A stretch of 64,000 nucleotides of DNA from contig OZ024740.1 in assembly GCA_964016885.1 (NCBI GenBank), forward strand, positions 177,692,001 to 177,756,000, written 5' to 3'. A program made the translations under genes and the position numbers. This DNA comes from Eledone cirrhosa (lineage: Eukaryota). The notes below the pieces were generated by a model. The model was given only the letters and a program-made list of their open reading frames with translations, had not been told where the DNA came from and did not search any database. Below are positions 56,550-64,000 of this stretch, piece by piece; position 1 is the first letter of the stretch; the number at the start of each line of letters is the position of its first letter.

Positions 56550-56881
56550 GATGGTATCCAATGATGTTGACTTGTTCTTCTCTTTGGTAAATATCATCTT
56601 GGTTAAGAGAGTGGGACTGGCTTTGTGCAGTGCCTTTGCTCACTATAAAAGCTTCACGGCACAGGCATTGCTTTATATCTGGAGATCTCTCTGCACTTGT
56701 CGTCACATGGTACCATGGGCCCAGCACTATGTGTCAATAATTGTCACAAGTGTAGTGTTTGTACCAGAGTTTTCAAGTCGCTGGCTGGACTAAAAAGTCA
56801 CACTCGTTCAGCGCATCGGTAGGGGTTCTCCTACATGGATATAAAGTAGTGGCCATACTCGAAAACGAGTTGGCAGCCACC
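56550..56881 (+). mobile_element. 5'-truncated copy (332 bp) of the ~600-bp element
   Basis: Matches 16936-17267. Confidence 0.85.
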
Positions 56882-57038
56882 ATATACATACTACTGTACG
56901 TCTGTACACATATATGTATGTACGTATACATACTTATATATATGTATATTGTATAAAATACATGGGAAATTAGCGTAATACTTCCAAGGTACTTAGATAT
57001 TCAGATTGTCCAGAAGAGAGTCGATTTCGCCGTTCATC

Positions 57039-57112
<74 letters not shown>

Positions 57113-57799
57113 TAGAAAATGAGGGTTTTTTTCCCAAAATGAAAAAAAACGAGATGTCCTGCACGAGTGAAAGTATAAAGAAAAAAGATGAGACCGAAAT
57201 TTCAACGGGAGTCTTTTTAAGAATATTTATTTGGTTTCTTTACCGGTTTCACAGTTCTTATGCTTTTCAAAAGTAGAATTGCAATGGAGGGTTTGTGGTT
57301 TGTGGTGAACTAACCCGACCCCAGAACAGGTTTAACAGGGTTACATTTTACCAGTAGTGCTTAATAATAACCTCACACACACACTAATACAACTATCTAT
57401 CTATCTCTTTTTCTGTCTGACGCGTGAAACATCGCCGGTAAGATTTTTTGTAAATTTATATACGAAAAACAGAACAAATTGTTTGAAAAAACATATTATT
57501 TTTTAGATTAACCCCTAAGCTGAATTGTCAGCTGGGTGGTAATCCCATTTTTTGTCCCTTTAGGGGCGAAAATTTTATTTTAAAAATTGTTTTAAAATAT
57601 CAAATTTTGCCAGCTACATAACTTGAACAACACAAGAACGCTGCAGAGAAAATAGAGAGAAAGAGGCAGATTTTAACGTTATATCTGCTTCTGCTACTAT
57701 GAAACGTCGTCATAGATACGACTGTCAACAAAGAGGAAAAAATGTTACCACTCGAAAATTGTACAATTTCTAAACGTCGAAGCGGAGAAAAATAACACT

Positions 57800-59414
57800 A
57801 ACTCACATGAAAACATAGAAATTAAACCTATTAACATACATACACATGAAAAAGACATCAACAACTCCACAGATACATCTACACATAATGTTTCACCTCG
57901 TCAAGGAACTGAGATTTCCAACACCGAGGCTAACAACGATAACAACAACAACAACAGCAACACCACACAAAAAAAGAAAATGTCTTTCGCTGAAACAGTG
58001 AACAAAAAACAAGATTTTATAAATCTTGACATCTCCAATGCAAGAGATATGCTAGAGCAAGGAGGAACATTTGTAACTTTCGAAGAAAAGGGTGGGTTTA
58101 GAATTAACTCACCCCTTGAAATAAAGGAAGACACAGTTCGCAGATCAGTCACCTTTAGGACTGTGTCCATTTCCACGAGAAAGTCGATATTTGTTAGCCA
58201 AGCAGATATAGAAGCTACTTTCAAGGAAATTCTAGCAAATATCGATTTTCTCCAACGAGGAAAACAGTACGGAAGTGATTCCGTACTGTTTAAAAGCGAG
58301 TCACTTGCCCAAAAACATTCTGTGACACCAATGGTGTCAAAAGCCTTCACCTTTTTCCCTACATACATGGGAAAAAGGACACAAAAAATAAAAATAAAAG
58401 ATATACCCCCAAACATTAACATCTGGTGGATCTTGGCTGGCTTCGTAGAGCCAGAAACTGATATGATTCTTTCGATACGAAAGTCTATTCGACAAAGGTG
58501 GGCCGGTACTGATTTGGAGAATCTGTTGCAAATGAGACCAGAGAGAATCTCCAAAATACCCGAAAGAGTCATCATCGATGACAACAACAAAATAAACATT
58601 TCGGTAGAAGGACGTAAATGTCATTGCTTTCGCTGTAGTAGCACAGCACACTTACAAGCCTCTTGTCCTTCACAAACGCACCACAGCAACACCAACACCA
58701 AAACAACCACCACCACCACAAGTACAACGACAGCCGAAACGAGCAACCAGACCAAAACAAACAGCCACTCAACCAACAACAACAGAAAAAAGAGAGACAA
58801 CACCCCTGAAGAACACAGTCCCACCCATCCCACTCCATCAAACACTACCACAAACACACACACCGAAACACCACCACCAGATGACATACCCCTACCCCAC
58901 ACACCTGATGATGATTATTCAACGACGGGTGAAGCTGGTTCTCCTTCTTTAAGTGAAGAAGAGGGAGAGCCGCGGAAATCTAAAAAACAAAAAAAGAGAC
59001 ACCTCAAAACCCCCAAAAATCCATTCACCAACACCACCCCAAACACAAGCACCCACCATAAAAATAAAACTCCCGGACGAACAACAAACTAAAACAACAC
59101 AACAAAAACACAAACAACAATACTCATACATCAACACAAACAAAAAGAGATTGGAGGTCATCTCCCCAAACCCCAAGGTGGAGACGGAGGGCAAAACTTT
59201 CGTCAAGGCAGAATCGTCTCCTCACCTTAAACTTATAAGGGTTTCTATGGAAAGCTATAATGACCTGAAAAATAAATTTTCACAGGACGTGGGCAACCCC
59301 TGCCAGAAACCCATCAACCGCGTCCTGTTAAAATGTTTCCCCACCCCACCCAACACCCCATCCAGCACCAAAATGGAGATTGAACATCCCGATCTCCAGG
59401 AAACGAAAAGGTAA
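57800..59414 (+). pseudogene. LINE ORF1 (gag-like nucleic-acid-binding protein)
   Basis: ORF 57980..59092 with CFRCSSTAHLQASC (CX2CX4HX4C) and T/N/P-rich linker; continues by frameshift into 58953..59414; frame is open upstream of 57980. Confidence 0.8.
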
Positions 59415-59455
59415 GTGTGCCTTTCGTCCTTTTTCTCCAACTCTTCTTCACCAAC

Positions 59456-62400
59456 ATGGCTGGTTTACGAGTTGGAAGAGTGAATATGCGTGGCCTAGGG
59501 ATGCCCTGGAAACAGGGCCAACTTTTAAATGACCTTAGGTAAAAACGGTATGGATGTGATAGCCATCACAGAGTCCAGGATCAACAACAGGCAGCAACTA
59601 ACGCCCATCTTCGACGACTTTGAGATCTACGCATCTCTCTGTCAGCCAGGAGGTGGAGGTGGAGTGGCTGTTTCGGAAGAACCTGGACGTCGAAGTACAG
59701 CAAGTACACTTGGACCCGGAGGGTAGACTGATAGTCCTAGACGTGAACAGTATTGGTGGTGGAGCCTTCAGACGGGTGACCGTTTATGCCCCGACCGGGC
59801 AATCGCAATCACGGCCAGACTTCTTTAAGCGTCTAGAGTCTTTTCTGGGAACGTCTCACTCCTTACTTTTAGTGGGGGACTGGAATGGTATCCTAGATGC
59901 ACGATGGGACTATGTAGGAGCATGTCCTAGTAGAGGGGGGTGCAACAGCCTCAAAACTTTAATCAGCCAATTCCAACTGGCCGATAGGTATCGACTGGAT
60001 TTCCCCACTGCACTATAGTGTACATGGGCAAACCGCAGCGGGACATCTAGATCGTATTTAGATAGGTTCTTCATTAGAGAAAAGGACAAGGAGATGTTAA
60101 GCTGTCCACAAATGCACATGGTTGCCTATTCGGATCACAAATTAGTCGTCTGCTTAGTCAACCGTGATAGAACACATAAACAAGGTCCCGGATACTGGAA
60201 GCTGAACGTGTCATTGCCGGCACGTAAAGCTTACAGTGAACGGATAAGTAGACTAGTCAAGCAACAGTTAACAGGAGCCATCGTCAACAATAGATGGTGG
60301 TACTCTCAAGAAAGCAATTACAATAGAATCGATAGGGTTTAGAAGAAAGTTAGCCTTAGAGAAAAACAAAATAGAAAGAGAACTAATAGCCAAGGTAGAG
60401 GAGGCACTTAGAAGTGGCAACGCGGATAGAGTGTTAGCGTCGAGAACGGCACTGGACCAGTTCTTCGATGCGAAACACGAAGGCTGCGTGGTCAGAAGCA
60501 AAACACGTGCTCTAGGAAAAGAAGGAGCGAAAGCTGTCAGCTGGGCGCGAGTGGCAGAGGCAAAAAGTGGCAACAAATCCACGATTCGGTCTTTGAAAGA
60601 CCAAAACGGACGCGTGCTAGTTGACCCCAAGCAAATGTGCACGGCCTTCCAGCAGCACTTTGCGCGACTGTTTGAGCAGAACGACGGTGAGCCGAACGGG
60701 GCAATTGACTTTAGTTCATACCTCGACGGCCTGCCGCGTCTCTCGAACACAGACGCCGAGTTCTGCGAAAGACCGATCACGGACACTGAGATACGGGACG
60801 CTCTGGGCCGCTGCGGGAAACGCAAGTCACCCGGTCTAGATGATCTACTCTATGAGTTTTACATAGGCATCCCGGACTTGTTCTCCGGCGTCCTCGAAGC
60901 CGTCTACTGCAATTGGAAGCAGAACGGGAGAATTCCCAGTTCTGCAGGCAAGGGCGTAGTAACGCTGATCAGGAAAGACGAGAACAAGGGGGACGAAATT
61001 AACAACTTCAGGCCCATAACTCTTCGCACCACAGAGTTAAATATTTTAGCCAACGTGCTAGCGACGAGGTTGGCGCTTGTTGTCGAGAACCTGGTAGGGA
61101 AAGCGCAATCCCGACCAGGTCTATACACAACCTCCACCTCATGCGATACATCATAGAGCGGGTGGGTAGTAAACCCGGCTTCGGTGGGGCTCTGATCAAT
61201 TTGAATCAGTCTAAGGCATTCGATAGGGTCGACCATCGATACTTGGAAGCGGTTCTCAAGGCGGCCGGTTTCGGTCCCGTTCAGAGGCTGGATCGAGGCG
61301 ATGCACACCAACATCTACTCGAGGGTCAAGGTGAACGGCTACCTATCGGAGCCGTTCGCAATCACGGGTTCCATTCGACAGGGGTGCCCTATCTCCTCCA
61401 TTATGTATGTATTGACTCTAGAGCCACTACTGCGGAAATTGGAGCTGTTGCAGGGCATCCCTCTAGGACCGGGACTGCGCAAAGCGGCGTCGGCTTATGC
61501 CGACGACGTAACCGTAATGGCGTCGAGCAGCTCGGAAATGGGGGTGATCGGCAACTTACTGAAATAATACGAAACGTTGACGGGAGCAAAACTAAGCCCA
61601 AACAAGTCTGTCGGTTTGCAACTTAGTACGTGGAGAGGCAAACCGATGACGTTCGACAGCGTCGTTGGACGCTGGACAGACGGACCGTTGAAATTGCTCG
61701 GGGTCTGGTTCGGTCCAGACCTCCAGGTGGAGAAAAACTGGAACGAGATCACGGCCAAGGTGTTTGCACTCACCCAGAAGAGGGCAGAGTGCAAACTGTC
61801 CTTGAAAGGTCGAGCGGAGGTGGCGAACACTTTCATAGCGTCCGTCATCTACTACCGCTTGACAGTCGTGCCTTTTCCCCGTGAATACCTCGCCAAGATG
61901 GAACGCATGCTCTTCCAGTTTCTGTGGAAGAAGCAGGCTCCGCTGGTGAGGAGATCCGTCTGCTGTGAGCACCCTTCCAACGGAGGGCTGGGAATGCCGT
62001 GGATGATGATGCGCAAACATGCGCTGAGGCTGTGGCATCTCCAGGTATTCCTCACCGACCTACAACCGGTGTGGGAACCGTTTGTGAGACAGGCTTTCCC
62101 ACAGCTCACCTCGCTGACGGAGCTGTAGTCCTGGGTCAAGAAAAGACCGAAAACGATGGGCACATTGAGTGCGCTCAGGCGCTCACAGTCCTCTGGCAAG
62201 CGGGCGCAGCAATCAGTGGAGACTCCACTTCGACATTCTATAGAGGGATTGTACGTTGCAAGGGCGACGACGTGCTCGGAGAGACTCTGGGCGTCGAACA
62301 CGATGAGTTCACCAGTCTGTTTTGTAGGACTTTCCGCCCGGGACCTACGGACAACTTCCAGAGGTCTCTGGCCTGGCAGTGCTACCGAGGAGCTCTACCG

Positions 62401-62874
62401 GTTCGTGACAAGATCTACAGGCACAGACGCACCGGCAGGGATCCTTCTAAGAGGAAGTGTCCAAGATACGCGCAGGACATCGAAACAGTCCTGCACGCAA
62501 TTGTATACTGCCTGGGCCTAACCGACCTGTGGAACTATGCAGAACAACTGCTGTCGCGTATGGGACAATTCCAGTTGACTGCCGAGTCTATAGTAAGGAT
62601 CAAACCGCCAGCCTCTTTCATAAACGAAAGAGAGGCGGTTTTCCTCTGTACAGTGGCTATGGTGAAAGAAGTTATATAGTGGACGAGATTGAGAGGACTG
62701 AGAACAGATGCCTTTCTCTCCGGACAACAATTGATTCCCTTCTTTAAGTATCACTTTAGAAGGAGAATCAGGGTGGTGAGAGAGGCACTGCACCCCAGTA
62801 AATTTACTGACAGGTGGGTGAATGAAGCGAAAATGGCCCGAGTGATTGGGCCCTCTCTGTTTATAAGCCTGTAG
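59456..62874 (+). pseudogene. LINE ORF2 (AP-endonuclease, reverse transcriptase, C-terminal zinc finger) with multiple stops and frameshifts
   Basis: MAGLRVGRVNMRGL, IAITES, VYAP, GDWN, SYLDRF, SDH (APE); KSPGLD, KAFDRVDH, IRQGCP, YADD (RT); CPR...ETVLHAIVYC. Confidence 0.93.
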
Positions 62875-63107
62875 GTTGAAGAAGAGAACAAAAGGAAGAA
62901 AGGAGCACTTGCACAACACGCTCCTGGAGTTAAGGGTTGTTCTATCGACGGGGTATTAAACAACCCATTTGTAGCGCTTCCCCCCTATTGGGGATTTCGA
63001 TTGTTGTAATTGTTTGTTTTTATATTTTTTACACGACTGTATGTAAAATCCCCGGCATGTCTTTGTATTGTCCCCTTTTCTTGTGCGCCCTTGTGGCAAA
63101 TAAAGAA

Positions 63108-63177
<70 letters not shown>

Positions 63178-63242
63178 TTATTTATTTATCTATCTATCTG
63201 GCTCTCTCTCTACATTTCTATATATATATATATCTATGTATA

Positions 63243-64000
63243 TGGACACGTGTTAAACTTCCTCGGTAATTTTTGTTTAAAGTTCTTTAGAAATTCGTCA
63301 TTGTGAACTTTTATTTTTATACAAATTTGTAGAAGGACTGACAGATCAAATTTTGATCTGGTCAGTCTCCCAATATATCGTGCCCCTCAGGGCAAAAACA
63401 TCCAACATATTTTCGAAAATAATTTTGCAAAACACTTCATATTTTAAAAAATGGCCGAAACAAAGGCACCTACTTCATTGTCAATACAAGAAGATGGGAA
63501 GAGAAAGCCATGTCTACTTGACCAGCAGGTAGTCGCAGACACGGACAAAGGAATGCCAACATTATCGCCTCAACATTTAGAAGAGGAACACGCTTCAGCT
63601 GCTTGTAAGTAACTGAACACGCTTGACGTCACAAACGTCACATGTATCCACACACAGAAGGAAGAATGTGTAGCAAATACTAACACCACCACAAACAACA
63701 ACAACAACAACACAATAAATGAGAACAACAATACAACAAAAGGAATCAGCGGCAACACAACGAATGAGACCATCATCACCACCAACAACAACAATAACAA
63801 AATTTCAATTGCAGCAACCGTTGCTAAGCAACAGGATTTTAAATATTACTCTATGGACATTTCCCAAAAGTCCCAATATGTGGAAGAAGCTTCCAACTAT
63901 GTGACGTTTGAGGGAGACACCCCACACATACACATACCCCCCACAAGTAAGAGAGATGACACAGAAAATGAAACTAATCTATAGAACAGTTGACATCATT
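63243..64000 (+). mobile_element. 5' UTR and ORF1 start (ATG 63451) of a second, diverged Tx1/L1-like element running off the window
   Basis: 5' motif gacacgtgttaaacttcctcggtaatttttg resembles gacgcgtgaaacatcgccggtaagattttttg at 57419; KISIAATVAKQQDF..MDIS..YVTFE aligns with KMSFAETVNKKQDF..LDIS..FVTFE; in-frame stop present. Confidence 0.75.

Larger units (their letters stand above)
55978..56940 (+). mobile_element. Hammerhead-containing partial tandem plus inverted repeat (pLTR-like or retrozyme-like)
   Basis: 55978-56033 is inverted against 56432-56487; 56033-56168 is directly repeated at 56461-56549 plus 56882-56940. Confidence 0.65.
57407..63199 (+). mobile_element. Near full-length Tx1/L1-like LINE (5' UTR, ORF1, ORF2, 3' UTR, (TATC)n tail), inactivated
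   Basis: ORF1 with CCHC knuckle; ORF2 APE-RT-ZnF; aataaa at 63099; short (CTAT)n also precedes the 5' end. Confidence 0.9.

Noticed and set aside
59405-59480. AAG/GTAAGT donor-like site at the ORF1 stop followed by a pyrimidine tract (possible ORF1-ORF2 splice fusion)
   Set aside because: No YAG follows the tract and the first AG is out of frame; cannot be supported without transcripts

Overview
Eukaryotic, AT-rich, gene-poor window saturated with microsatellites ((TA)n, (CA)n, (TACA)n, (TATC)n) and transposable elements. The SINE repertoire looks like coleoid cephalopod (Octopus-like) DNA, which is an inference from recalled repeat families. No intact host protein-coding gene is recognisable, and nearly all listed ORFs are microsatellite or antisense artefacts. 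The recognisable coding remnants are all from TEs: a near full-length but disrupted Tx1/L1-like LINE (57.4-63.1 kb) followed by the 5' end of a paralogue, a 5'-truncated copy (49.6-52.0 kb), three Penelope-like (RT + GIY-YIG) elements, RTE and CRE-like fragments, a truncated mariner and a hAT(m)-like remnant. The most striking structure is a dense set of fold-back/inverted duplications next to (TA)n tracts. Many of these carry type I hammerhead ribozyme motifs (at least 7 with intact cores plus several degenerate ones). They include a canonical hammerhead at 56.35 kb, a 251-bp hammerhead-like tandem unit that may be a retrozyme, and reiterated 3'-end copies reminiscent of telomerase-like repeat addition. 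A young ~600-bp non-coding, probably RTE-mobilised element occurs 7 times, always inside (TACA)n/(TA)n tracts. Coordinates and alignments were read by eye.
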